64,000 nt of DNA, from the NCBI GenBank assembly GCA_021153265.1, contig JAGKTU010000001.1, positions 9,936-73,935 on the forward strand, in the 5' to 3' direction. Source of the DNA: Clostridia bacterium (lineage in GTDB: Bacteria; Bacillota; Clostridia; Oscillospirales; Oscillospiraceae). Of this stretch, positions 40,133-49,061 are shown in pieces. Each line of letters opens with the position of its first letter. Position 1 is the first letter of the stretch. A program made the position numbers and the translations under genes. Under the pieces are notes generated by a model. It saw nothing but the letters and a program-made list of their open reading frames with translations, was not told where the DNA came from and made no database searches.

Positions 40133-41215
40133 TTACACCCCAAACAATGCGGCAATTGCAGACTCGTCCAGCTTGGAGCCGATGACGCAGAGCTTGCCGT
40201 TGATGGCTGCGCCGCCGGTGCGGATGTCGTATTCCTCGGGAACCATGTCGAAGTGGATCCAAGTGCCATCGTTCGCAGGAATGATGCCCTTAGCCCGGAG
40301 AACCATGCCGAACTTGCCGGAATCCAGTTCCCTCAGAGCGGCTTCGATAGCGCAGCGGTCGAACTTCTTGTGGGTCTCCACGCCCCAGGAGGTGAAGACC
40401 TCGTCGGCGTGATGGTGATGATGGTCATGACCGCAGGAGCAATGCTCATCGTGATCATGGTGATGGTGATGCTCGTGGTCGTGGTGGCCGCAGCAGCAAC
40501 CCTCTTCATGGTCATGATGGTGGTGATGCTCGTGGTCATGATGGCCGCAGCAGCAATGTTCATCGTGATCGTCGTGGTGATGATGGTCATGCTCCAGCTC
40601 TGCCAGCTCCTTTGCCAGAGTGGCCTCGCCTGCCATAGCCTCAATGAGCTGAGCGCCGGTGAGCTGATTCCAGGGAGTGGTCACCACGGTAGCGGTCGCA
40701 TTATGCTCACGGATCAGAGCAACGGATGCATCCAGCTTGTTCTGGGGAACAGAATCGGTACGGGAGAGGATGATTGTGGAAGCAGTCTCGATCTGGTTGT
40801 TATAGAACTCACCGAAGTTCTTCATGTAAACCTTGACTTTGCCGGCATCGGCAACTGCAACGGTATAGCCCAGAGTGACATCTTCATTGGTGACCTTTTC
40901 CACAGCGGCGATGACGTCGGACAGCTTGCCCACGCCGGAGGGCTCGATGACAATGCGGTCGGGTGTATACTCGGCAATGACCTGAGTCAGAGCCTTTCCG
41001 AAGTCACCAACCAGAGAGCAGCAGATACAGCCGGAGTTCATCTCGGTGATGTTGATACCGGCCTCCTGCAAGAAGCCGCCGTCGATGCCGATCTCGCCGA
41101 ATTCATTTTCGATGAGAACCAGTTTCTGACCAGCATAGGCCTCCTGAATCATCTTCTTGATCAGCGTGGTCTTGCCCGCGCCCAGGAAGCCGGAATAAAT
41201 GTCGATTTTCGTCAT
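40133..41215 (-). CDS. COG0523/CobW family metallochaperone GTPase with a His/Cys-rich insert
   Basis: GFLGAGKTT, ENEFG, GCICC, EPSG, LRAKG. Confidence 0.93.
   Translation of the reverse strand: MTKIDIYSGFLGAGKTTLIKKMIQEAYAGQKLVLIENEFGEIGIDGGFLQEAGINITEMNSGCICCSLVGDFGKALTQVIAEYTPDRIVIEPSGVGKLSDVIAAVEKVTNEDVTLGYTVAVADAGKVKVYMKNFGEFYNNQIETASTIILSRTDSVPQNKLDASVALIREHNATATVVTTPWNQLTGAQLIEAMAGEATLAKELAELEHDHHHHDDHDEHCCCGHHDHEHHHHHDHEEGCCCGHHDHEHHHHHDHDEHCSCGHDHHHHHADEVFTSWGVETHKKFDRCAIEAALRELDSGKFGMVLRAKGIIPANDGTWIHFDMVPEEYDIRTGGAAINGKLCVIGSKLDESAIAALFGV
40409..40591 (-). repeat. Tandem 57-bp (19-aa) His/Cys coding repeats
   Basis: CCCGHHDHEHHHHHDHEEG / CCCGHHDHEHHHHHDHDEH / CSCGHDHHHHH. Confidence 0.85.
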
Positions 41216-41249
41216 GGATAACACCTTCTATTGTTATTATTTCTAAGGT

Positions 41250-41278
41250 ATTATACCACCATTTGCCACTTCTGACAA
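41250..41278 (-). promoter_or_regulatory. SigA promoter of the COG0523 gene
   Basis: TTGTCA-17-TATAAT with extended TG. Confidence 0.7.
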
Positions 41279-41296
41279 GTCAAATTTCTTACTACT

Positions 41297-41340
41297 TTCG
41301 ACACATTCCCCTTGTAACGGCCACAAAAAAAGCATACACT
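41297..41340 (+). promoter_or_regulatory. Spo0A box plus promoter with no downstream ORF
   Basis: TTCGACA 41297-41303 (reverse of TGTCGAA), TTGTAA 41312-41317, 17 bp, TACACT 41335-41340. CATACACT also fits a SigE/SigK -10. Confidence 0.6.
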
Positions 41341-41346
41341 ATGGAT

Positions 41347-41420
41347 AGGCAAATATGACCCCCAGTGCGACGATTTGCCTGCACGCCGCCCCGGCTCTCC
41401 CCCGGGGCGGCGTGTTTTTT
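41347..41420 (+). ncRNA. Candidate small RNA (~75 nt, two hairpins with C-rich loops)
   Basis: Stem AGGCAAAT/ATTTGCCT with loop ATGACCCCCAGTGCGACG, then a 13-bp GC stem plus TTTTTT on + strand, and a promoter immediately upstream. Confidence 0.6.
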
Positions 41421-41422
41421 CT

Positions 41423-42922
41423 TCACAGAACCGGAATCAGAAGCATTGTCCCTATCTCCGGCTCTTCGGTCAGTCCATTGGCCTGTCGGATCGCCTCCAT
41501 GGTGGAGCCACTGTTCTTGGCAAGCTCCCAAAGACCTCCCGCCGTCTGATGCTTCAGAATCAGGGATGGACGGCTGGGGTCCGGCGTTTTCTCCTCCCCC
41601 ATCTGCAACCCTGTCACCACAGGGATTCCCTGTCCTCCCATGGTGGTATGCATCACTTCCATAGGCCAGCGAAGTTTAACTTCGTCGCCGCCGGCTGTCA
41701 TATCCGGTCTCCCCATGCCCTGCAGATTGCTGTATAGCTTCGCGTCTTCGCCGGTCGGAATTTGAGCGTTGTCCTCCCATTGGGCGGACGCCATTTGCAA
41801 GTCACGGTTTTCATCGTAATAGAGCATCTGCAATTGACCGCTCAATTGACTGTTGAAACCAGCTTCTGTCCGGGTATTACGGGGGAAATCCGGAAGGAAA
41901 CGGGTATCTGCCGCAATATTTGCCATCACCGGGAGTTTCTGCTCCCCTAATAAGCTCATGCTGCCGTTATCCAGAATTGCAGGAAACTCCAGTTCCGCCA
42001 TTTGAGGCTGCACATCACGGCACGGGCTGTAAACGTCGGTAATTAGTTCCAGATTGTGGCGATCGGTCACCCGGTACTGGCCCACCATGCTGCATTTGCA
42101 GCGAAGTTTACCGTCCTCGTCCCGGTTCACCTCCAACTCCGTGACACCAAGCGTCATATCCGCCTGGGCATCCGGTCCATATTCGCTGTCAAGCTGGGAA
42201 AGCTGGGAAAAAGGCAGCTCAAAATCCCAAGAATAGACCTGTCCGTCTTCGCCTAAGTACAGCATGCGCAGATTGGTGTCTCCCCGAAACAGCAACCGCC
42301 CGGACATGACCTTTTGTTCTGTCGCCCGTGGGGTAACACCATAAGAAAGCACCGACTCCAGTGCAGGCGCTGAGGACGGAAGCTGCATTTCCTCCTCAAT
42401 TGTGAAGACCTTCTCGCCAAGCTCCAGCGGAAGCTGCATCGGATAAGCCCGGCGCAAAAGCTGCACGTCCTGCGGCAGATTCTCAGCGGCGGGAATCTCC
42501 GCCTCCATAGGCACATAGGCTTCCGCCAATGCTCCCAGCCCTACCCGGGCAAGAATTTTCCGAGGCGAGACCGATCTGGCATCGGAAAAGCGCACCCGGC
42601 AATCTATTTGGGCAGCGCCCTCCGGCATGGAAGACGGCAAATTCCATTTCATCTGAAAAGGAATCCATGTATCCAGAATCTGGGGCCGTGTTCCATCCTC
42701 CGGCACATACATCACCCAGACCATGCACCCCCCGGAGCATCCCACCGAGTCCCCGCGCCATTCCTTACCCCGTGTGATCGGCTGAGCCCATGCTCCCACG
42801 ACGCGGCCGATGTCCGGCATTTCATCACTCAGACGAATTTCCTGAGTCTGTTCCTGATTCTGCACCTCCCGCAATGCCGGTTTTAAGCATTTCATCATCG
42901 TTTTTGGAAATTTGACTTCCAC
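41423..42922 (-). CDS. SpoVID/SipL-like spore coat morphogenetic protein (DUF3794/SPOCS repeats, C-terminal LysM-like)
   Basis: Repeated beta-rich units (MPDIGRV..., G...MLY...ELPFS), C-terminal LWELAK..GST.EAI..ANG...LLIP. GTG start with RBS AAGGAG. Confidence 0.8.
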   Translation of the reverse strand: MEVKFPKTMMKCLKPALREVQNQEQTQEIRLSDEMPDIGRVVGAWAQPITRGKEWRGDSVGCSGGCMVWVMYVPEDGTRPQILDTWIPFQMKWNLPSSMPEGAAQIDCRVRFSDARSVSPRKILARVGLGALAEAYVPMEAEIPAAENLPQDVQLLRRAYPMQLPLELGEKVFTIEEEMQLPSSAPALESVLSYGVTPRATEQKVMSGRLLFRGDTNLRMLYLGEDGQVYSWDFELPFSQLSQLDSEYGPDAQADMTLGVTELEVNRDEDGKLRCKCSMVGQYRVTDRHNLELITDVYSPCRDVQPQMAELEFPAILDNGSMSLLGEQKLPVMANIAADTRFLPDFPRNTRTEAGFNSQLSGQLQMLYYDENRDLQMASAQWEDNAQIPTGEDAKLYSNLQGMGRPDMTAGGDEVKLRWPMEVMHTTMGGQGIPVVTGLQMGEEKTPDPSRPSLILKHQTAGGLWELAKNSGSTMEAIRQANGLTEEPEIGTMLLIPVL

Positions 42923-42956
42923 TTTTGATCACTCCTTATCCCTGTTGTCCCGTATC

Positions 42957-42985
42957 AGTCTATTCGTCTGCGCACAGGTATATAC
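42957..42985 (-). promoter_or_regulatory. SigE-type promoter
   Basis: GTATA-16 bp-AATAGACT upstream of the coat gene. Confidence 0.6.
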
Positions 42986-42988
42986 CAA

Positions 42989-43138
42989 CTATTTCTGACG
43001 CATCACTGCCACACCCCCCACCACGATGGCAAGGCCGAAAAAGGTGGACATGAAACCGGCTTCCAGACATTTACCCATCAGAAGTCCCAAACCGAATGCC
43101 ATGAGCATGCCGCCCAGTAATTGATTCTTTCTGCACAC
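42989..43138 (-). CDS. Small 2-TM protein (49 aa, not in the ORF track)
   Basis: GTG start, MCRKNQLLGGMLMAFGLGLLMGKCLEAGFMSTFFGLAIVVGGVAVMRQK. RBS AGGGGGGTG. Confidence 0.6.
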   Translation of the reverse strand: MCRKNQLLGGMLMAFGLGLLMGKCLEAGFMSTFFGLAIVVGGVAVMRQK

Positions 43139-43195
43139 AAAAACACCCCCTGCATAGCATACGCAGGGGGTGCTTAAAATTGAACCAGTATTGTT

Positions 43196-44569
43196 TTACG
43201 CCTCGTCCATGACGCTCTTACAGGCAGCCAGAACTTCCTTCAGGATGGGAACGCAGGTACTGCTGCCGTAGCCACCGTTCTCCACCACCACAATGAAGGC
43301 CAGCGGATATGCTTCGTCCGCCACAAAGCCGGCAAACATGGCGTTGGATTTTTCACCGCCGCCCAACTGGCTGGTGCCGGATTTGGCGCAGACGGTAAGT
43401 CCAGGGAAATTTCGGTCGCCATAGACTGCGGTCACATTGTTGCGCATGTACTCCTGCAGGATGTCCGCCTGCTGCTGCGAGATGAGCGGCTGGGTAGAAA
43501 CAGGCTGCGCCTGATAGGTCACTTCGTCACCTACCGTCACCCGGGACACCAGATAGGGCTCTGCACCTGTTCCGCCGGATGCGATGGCACCCATGAAGGT
43601 CATGAAGCGGCAGGGGTTGATCTGGTCTGTATACTGTCCAATGCAGCTCCAGGCCAGTTCCACCGGAGCGGCATCTGCCACATCGTAATTGCCGGTGGCG
43701 GTGGTGATGCCGTCAAAGCTTACCGGGGCAGTGATGCCAAAGAGCTCCACATAGTGCATCATGTTTTCCCTGCCCACAAGCTGGGCGATCTGGGCATAAC
43801 AGCAGTTGCAGGAGTTTGCCATAGCACCCTTGAGGTTCAGCTTGCCGTGGGCGCGCTCGCAGGTGACCTTATCCACGCCGAATTCATAGGTTTTTTTACA
43901 TTCAAAGGTCATGTCCTCGATGCCATCGACGCAGTCCAGCGCCGCGGCAGTGGTGACGATTTTGAAGATAGAACCGGGAATATAGGTAGACTGGACGAAA
44001 CGGTTGAGATAGACGCCTTTATAGGTATCCGTCGTGTCACCGGCGATGTCCGGCACGTCATTGGGATCAAAGGTAGGGGTGGTAACGGCGCAGAGGATCT
44101 CGCCGGTCTTATAGTTATAGACCGCCACCGTTCCTTTTCTGCCGTTCATGGCTTCCAGCGCAACGGTCTGGACATAGGAGGAAATGGTCAGTTCTACCTC
44201 TCCATCGGCTCCGCCAGGGGCATAAACTCCGTCCACCGGGTCATAGCCCACCATTTCTTTCAGGTAATAGGAAACTGCCGGAGCACTGATGTTTCCCTTA
44301 CGGTCACCCACCCAGTGGAGGGTCGCCTGACGCACCAAAGCATCGTCCGCGTAGGTTCTTCCGTCCCGGGTATCCAGCAGGGTCTGTCCCTCCCGGTCCA
44401 CAAATACACCCTCGGCGGTTCGCTCGTCGGCGTAAACATGAGGAGAGCCGTTGAAAACCACCCACTGGTCAGATTTTGTGGCGTACTCAAAGATAAAGAA
44501 GCCCATACCACCCACCAAAATGGCGATGAAGACCAGCATGAGCCAAACTCTTCTCGTAACTCTGTTCAT
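43196..44569 (-). CDS. Class B penicillin-binding transpeptidase (PbpA-like)
   Basis: N-terminal TM, PGSIFK (SxxK), SCN (SxN), KSGT. Confidence 0.92.
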   Translation of the reverse strand: MNRVTRRVWLMLVFIAILVGGMGFFIFEYATKSDQWVVFNGSPHVYADERTAEGVFVDREGQTLLDTRDGRTYADDALVRQATLHWVGDRKGNISAPAVSYYLKEMVGYDPVDGVYAPGGADGEVELTISSYVQTVALEAMNGRKGTVAVYNYKTGEILCAVTTPTFDPNDVPDIAGDTTDTYKGVYLNRFVQSTYIPGSIFKIVTTAAALDCVDGIEDMTFECKKTYEFGVDKVTCERAHGKLNLKGAMANSCNCCYAQIAQLVGRENMMHYVELFGITAPVSFDGITTATGNYDVADAAPVELAWSCIGQYTDQINPCRFMTFMGAIASGGTGAEPYLVSRVTVGDEVTYQAQPVSTQPLISQQQADILQEYMRNNVTAVYGDRNFPGLTVCAKSGTSQLGGGEKSNAMFAGFVADEAYPLAFIVVVENGGYGSSTCVPILKEVLAACKSVMDEA

Positions 44570-46293
44570 CGGACGACCTCGCTTTCTTCCACATGGTCAT
44601 TCTTGCGCAGGCGCACCGCAAAGCTGGCGTTCTGCCGGGTATCCGCCGCTTTGACAAAAGCAAGAAGTCCCCAGGCGCCGATCATACTGGTGCCGCCGTT
44701 ACTCAGGAACGGGAATGTGACACCGGTAAAGGGCAGAATATCCAGTGTCCCGAGGCAATTTAGGATGGTCTGGATCAGAAGGATGCTGGCTGCGGTGCAG
44801 GCACCGATGGTATAGAAACTGCTGCGGGCAACTCTTGCGGTACGGATGGCAAACAGGCCCAAAACCACCACACAGACCACCATCATCACAGCCACGATCA
44901 AGCCCCATTCCTCGGAAATGGTGGCGAAGGCGATATCCGAATCCGCGGCAAAGACCCGCCTTAAGTAACCCCGTCCCGGTCCGAGACCCAAAAGACCGCC
45001 GGCCGCAATGCACATCAGGGCGCGGGTCTGCTGATAACCCAGATTCAAGGGATCTTCCCAGATATGCCGCCAGGCGGAGAACCGGCGCAGAGCGTGGGGC
45101 GCAATTTTCAGGGCAATCACGCCTGCATAGCCCAAAGCGGTGCAGGCAAGGCCGATGGTACCCACACTGCCGGAACGGAGGTAGGCGATGATCAAAAACG
45201 CAAAGAAGAAAATCAGCGCGGTGCCAAAATCGTTCATCAGAGCAAGGCATCCGCAGATCAAAACAGAATAGGCAATAAACAGAATAATATTGCGCTTATT
45301 CATGATTCGGTCCATGGTGGCAGCGCCGGCATAGACGAAGCAAACTTTGCTGAGTTCGGACGGCTGCAGGGACATACCACCGATGATCAGCCAGTTTTTC
45401 GCGCCGTAGTATTCCTTGCCAAAGAGCAGTGTGATCACAAGGAACAACACACCTGCCACGGATGCAATATAGCGGAAGATTTTCGCCCGTTCCAAATCAC
45501 GCATAGACCATCCGATGGTCAAAAACAGCACGATGCCGATGATCATGGCAATGAGCTGCTTCAATGTTTCCGAAGGGTCTACCGTAGCAATGGCAGACAT
45601 GCCCATGGTGCAAAGAAAAAAAGCGATGGTCTCTACATCAAAGGACGAACGGTCGATGACCACATAGAACAAAAACAGCAGCCACTGGCAAATCGCCAGT
45701 CCGCCAAAGCCCTGCAAAATGGGAATGAAATGATCCGGGTTGCCCCCCAACAGGAAAGCCATGCAGGCCATAAACTGCAGCAGAGTCAGTAAAACCAGAT
45801 TGAACAGGTTTCCAAGTCCACTGCCCGCCTGGGTTCGCAGCTGGGCGAGCTTCTGCTCCTGCCGCTGGGAAATGGGCACCAGTCCCATCTCGATGCCACC
45901 GATCATCATCACATCTTCCGGCTGCAGCGCCCGGATGGATACGCGCTTTCCATTCACACGGACACCGCCTTTGGAATGGGCATCGGTGATGGTCCAGCTT
46001 CCGTCATCATAACGGGTCAGAACCGCGTGATTTCGCGATACAGCCGGGTGGTTAATCTGAATGTCGCAGCTTCTGCTGCGCCCAATGACATTTTCCCAAT
46101 GGGTAATGGGTACTTTCTTGCCGTCCCGGAAGTAAAGCCATGCCCAGATTTCCGGTTCTCTGCGGAAAGTCAGCAGGGGCAGGCAGCAGCGCAGCAGGAT
46201 CAGACCCGCCAGAATGGGAGCGGCGTAGCGAAAAATGCCGATATAGGCATCTGCACCCGACGCATTTGCAAGAGAATCAAACAGTCCGTTCAT
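44566..46293 (-). CDS. FHA domain-SEDS (FtsW/RodA/SpoVE) fusion protein
   Basis: FHA: IGRS..CD....VSRNHA...SKGGVRVNG. SEDS: GAKNW, QPSELSK, NDFGTA, GYQQ, SDIAF..ISEEWG, PFTGVTFPFLSNGGTS. Confidence 0.9.
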   Translation of the reverse strand: MNGLFDSLANASGADAYIGIFRYAAPILAGLILLRCCLPLLTFRREPEIWAWLYFRDGKKVPITHWENVIGRSRSCDIQINHPAVSRNHAVLTRYDDGSWTITDAHSKGGVRVNGKRVSIRALQPEDVMMIGGIEMGLVPISQRQEQKLAQLRTQAGSGLGNLFNLVLLTLLQFMACMAFLLGGNPDHFIPILQGFGGLAICQWLLFLFYVVIDRSSFDVETIAFFLCTMGMSAIATVDPSETLKQLIAMIIGIVLFLTIGWSMRDLERAKIFRYIASVAGVLFLVITLLFGKEYYGAKNWLIIGGMSLQPSELSKVCFVYAGAATMDRIMNKRNIILFIAYSVLICGCLALMNDFGTALIFFFAFLIIAYLRSGSVGTIGLACTALGYAGVIALKIAPHALRRFSAWRHIWEDPLNLGYQQTRALMCIAAGGLLGLGPGRGYLRRVFAADSDIAFATISEEWGLIVAVMMVVCVVVLGLFAIRTARVARSSFYTIGACTAASILLIQTILNCLGTLDILPFTGVTFPFLSNGGTSMIGAWGLLAFVKAADTRQNASFAVRLRKNDHVEESEVVR

Positions 46294-46363
46294 GGTTTCA
46301 CCTCCTTTTCTTTCATCCTATATAAATGCCACAAGTTTTGCCGTCTGTCAAATGAATAAATCT

Positions 46364-47191
46364 TTAACAAGCCATGCTCCGAAGCAACGCAATCTCCTTT
46401 TGGTAGCCGGGAAGTTCATTGGGCGTCTCCAGAATCATGGGCTTGTCCTTTAAAAGCGGATGATTCACAATGTGACGGAAGGTTTCCAAACCCAGACTTC
46501 CCTCCCCAAGACATTCGTGGCGGTCTTTATGGCTGGCGAAGGGATTCTTCGAATCGTTCAAATGCAGGGCTTTCAGCCGGGAGATGCCCACGATTCGGTC
46601 AAATTCCGCCAGAACGCCATCCAAATCCTTCACGATGTCATAGCCGCCATCGTAGACATGGCAGGTATCCAGACAGACACCCACATCGTTACTGCCCACG
46701 GCATCGATGATGGCACGGATCTGCTCGAATTTACCGCCAATTTCGCTGCCCTTGCCTGCCATGGTCTCCAGCAGCACCGTCACGGGATAACCGGGAGCGA
46801 GGGCTTGCCGCAATGCCTTGGCAATATAGTCGATGCCGGCATCCACACCCTGTCCCACGTGGCTTCCGGGGTGGAAATTATAGAAATTCCCGGGCAAAGC
46901 CGCCATTCGGCGCAGATCATCGCACAAAACATCCGCCGCAAAGCTCCTAGCCTCCGGGTCGGCGGTACACAGGTTCATGGTATAGGCACCGTGGGCAACC
47001 AGTTTGCCAAAGTTATGCGCCTGCAAAGCCTGTACTGCCCGGGCGCAGTCCGCCGGGTCTTCTTTCTTCGCCCGGCTGCCCCGGGGATTTCTGGTAAAAA
47101 ACGCAAAAGTATTCGCGCCAATGGACAAAGCCGTTTCTACCATGGCTAAATTTCCGCCCGATGCGGAAAGATGACACCCAAAATAACCCAT
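46364..47191 (-). CDS. nfo: Endonuclease IV
   Basis: GCHLS, AHGAY..NL, FHPGSH, LETMAGKG, CLDTCH, HLNDSK, DRHE, ETP. Confidence 0.95.
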   Translation of the reverse strand: MGYFGCHLSASGGNLAMVETALSIGANTFAFFTRNPRGSRAKKEDPADCARAVQALQAHNFGKLVAHGAYTMNLCTADPEARSFAADVLCDDLRRMAALPGNFYNFHPGSHVGQGVDAGIDYIAKALRQALAPGYPVTVLLETMAGKGSEIGGKFEQIRAIIDAVGSNDVGVCLDTCHVYDGGYDIVKDLDGVLAEFDRIVGISRLKALHLNDSKNPFASHKDRHECLGEGSLGLETFRHIVNHPLLKDKPMILETPNELPGYQKEIALLRSMAC

Positions 47192-47309
47192 ACACATCAC
47201 TCCTTTTTTTAATTATAACATATTTCGCGGAAAAAAGCAAATTTGCTGTTTCATCACGGCATTCGGTGTGATATAATGGACTAAATCTAAATCGATTTGG
47301 GGTGCGATT

Positions 47310-48287
47310 ATGCCGAAATCCGACAATCAGAAATTGAAGATCTTCTATATTCTGGACTATCTGGAAGAAAACTCCCACCGGGATCACCCGGTGAGAGCAT
47401 CAGAGCTGATCTCCATGCTGGATCGTCAGCACAATATTTCCTGTGACCGGAAGACCGTCTACTCCGACATCGCTGCGCTGCAGGATCTTGGAGTGGACAT
47501 CGTATCCATCCCCGGCAAGAACGGAGGCTATTACATCGCTTCCCGGAATTTCGAGCTGCCGGAGCTGAAACTGCTGATCGATGCGGTTCTGTCCAGCCGG
47601 TTTCTCACGGAGAAAAAGTCCCGGGAGCTGATCGAAAAGCTCTGCAAGGAATGTTCTGTCCACGATGCCCGGCTGATGCGCCGGGATGTGGTGGTCTCCG
47701 GCCGGGTCAAGAGCATGAATGAGACCATCTATTATGGGGTCGATGCCATTCAGGAGGCCATCGCTCAGAACCGGCAGATCCGTTTCCGCTACTTCGACTG
47801 GGGTATGGACGGCCAGCGGCACTATCGGGACAAGGAATACGTCGCAAGTCCCTACGGTCTGTGTCAGGACAACGAAAACTGCTATCTTCTGGCCCACTCC
47901 CCCCGTCACGGTGTCACTTCCTATCGCGTAGACCGGATGGCGGAGATCCAGCTAACCGATGATCTTCGCACACCTTGCCCGGAGCTGTCCGGTAAGGCCC
48001 TTCACGAGCACGCCAACCGGCTGTTCCAGATGTATTCCGGCGACGCAGTGGATGTAAAGCTGCGGTTCCACCGGAGTCTCGTGAATGTGGTGGTGGACCG
48101 TTTTGGCAAGGACACCATGATGATCCCCGACGGGGAGGAGCATTTCCTCTTCACCGTTCGCGTGGCGGTTTCCCCCATGTTCTTAAGCTGGGTCATCGGT
48201 TTTGGCGGTAAAGCCAAGATTCTATATCCCCAAAGCGTCATTGACCGCTGCCGGGAGCTGTGCCGGGAGGCCATGGAGCAGTATTAA
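47310..48287 (+). CDS. WYL-domain transcriptional regulator (wHTH-WYL-WCX)
   Basis: N-terminal wHTH (DRKTVYSDI), SPYGL...YLLA, YRVDRM, C-terminal F.SWV..FG...IL.P. Confidence 0.9.
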   Translation: MPKSDNQKLKIFYILDYLEENSHRDHPVRASELISMLDRQHNISCDRKTVYSDIAALQDLGVDIVSIPGKNGGYYIASRNFELPELKLLIDAVLSSRFLTEKKSRELIEKLCKECSVHDARLMRRDVVVSGRVKSMNETIYYGVDAIQEAIAQNRQIRFRYFDWGMDGQRHYRDKEYVASPYGLCQDNENCYLLAHSPRHGVTSYRVDRMAEIQLTDDLRTPCPELSGKALHEHANRLFQMYSGDAVDVKLRFHRSLVNVVVDRFGKDTMMIPDGEEHFLFTVRVAVSPMFLSWVIGFGGKAKILYPQSVIDRCRELCREAMEQY

Positions 48288-48775
48288 GCAAGTGTAAATG
48301 ACCGGAACATATCATCCCAGAGCACCTTATTCTCCATAGCCTGTTCTGCTTCGCCCAGAACGCAGACGCAGTAGTGGTAGCACCCATCGTCTAAAATCAT
48401 GGCTCTGCCTACCAAATCGCCCTCTTCTCCGGCGCATGCCCAGACAAACTCATGGCGGTCCAGATCGTCTTTCCGTGTGGATAAGACCGTGAGTACATCC
48501 CGTTCATAGCCGGATAGCGTCTTTACCGTCTGATCCAAGTTGCCGCCATCCAGAATCTGTACGGTGATCTCATAATCCTCACACAGATACACCCGTTCGC
48601 TGTCGGACTCCACCGTGGGCGAGGCCGCTTCCTCCGGTAGCACCAGACTGATCTCCCGCATTTGCGCCATCACCGGCGCATCCAAAACATCCGAAACCGT
48701 CTCCATTGTCTCCTCCGCGGCGCAGCCGGACAACATCAGCAGTACAACCAGAATCAGAATCGTACATTTTTTCAC
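48284..48775 (-). CDS. Hypothetical lipoprotein
   Basis: Signal peptide with lipobox LSGC and an acidic mature domain. Confidence 0.7.
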   Translation of the reverse strand: MKKCTILILVVLLMLSGCAAEETMETVSDVLDAPVMAQMREISLVLPEEAASPTVESDSERVYLCEDYEITVQILDGGNLDQTVKTLSGYERDVLTVLSTRKDDLDRHEFVWACAGEEGDLVGRAMILDDGCYHYCVCVLGEAEQAMENKVLWDDMFRSFTLA

Positions 48776-48798
48776 ACAGATCCCCCCTGAAAGGTTTT

Positions 48799-49059
48799 AT
48801 GAAGTATTTGTTTTGCTACCTCCTTATAATCAATGCCGTCAGTTTCGCACTTATGCTCTCGGACAAGCTGAAAGCAAAAAACAGGCAATGGCGTATCCCT
48901 GAGGCCGTTTTGATGCTCAGTGCCGTCATAGGCGGCAGTATCGGGATGCTCGCCGGGATGCATCTGTTTCGCCACAAGACAAAGCACACGAAATTTATGC
49001 TGGGAGTGCCATGCATTCTGCTGGTTCAGGTGGTTTTGTTTGTCTTGCTGTATTCATAG
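48799..49059 (+). CDS. DUF1294 membrane protein
   Basis: DKLKAK..QWRIPE..L....GGSIG......FRHKTKH. Confidence 0.9.
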   Translation: MKYLFCYLLIINAVSFALMLSDKLKAKNRQWRIPEAVLMLSAVIGGSIGMLAGMHLFRHKTKHTKFMLGVPCILLVQVVLFVLLYS

Positions 49060-49061
49060 CA

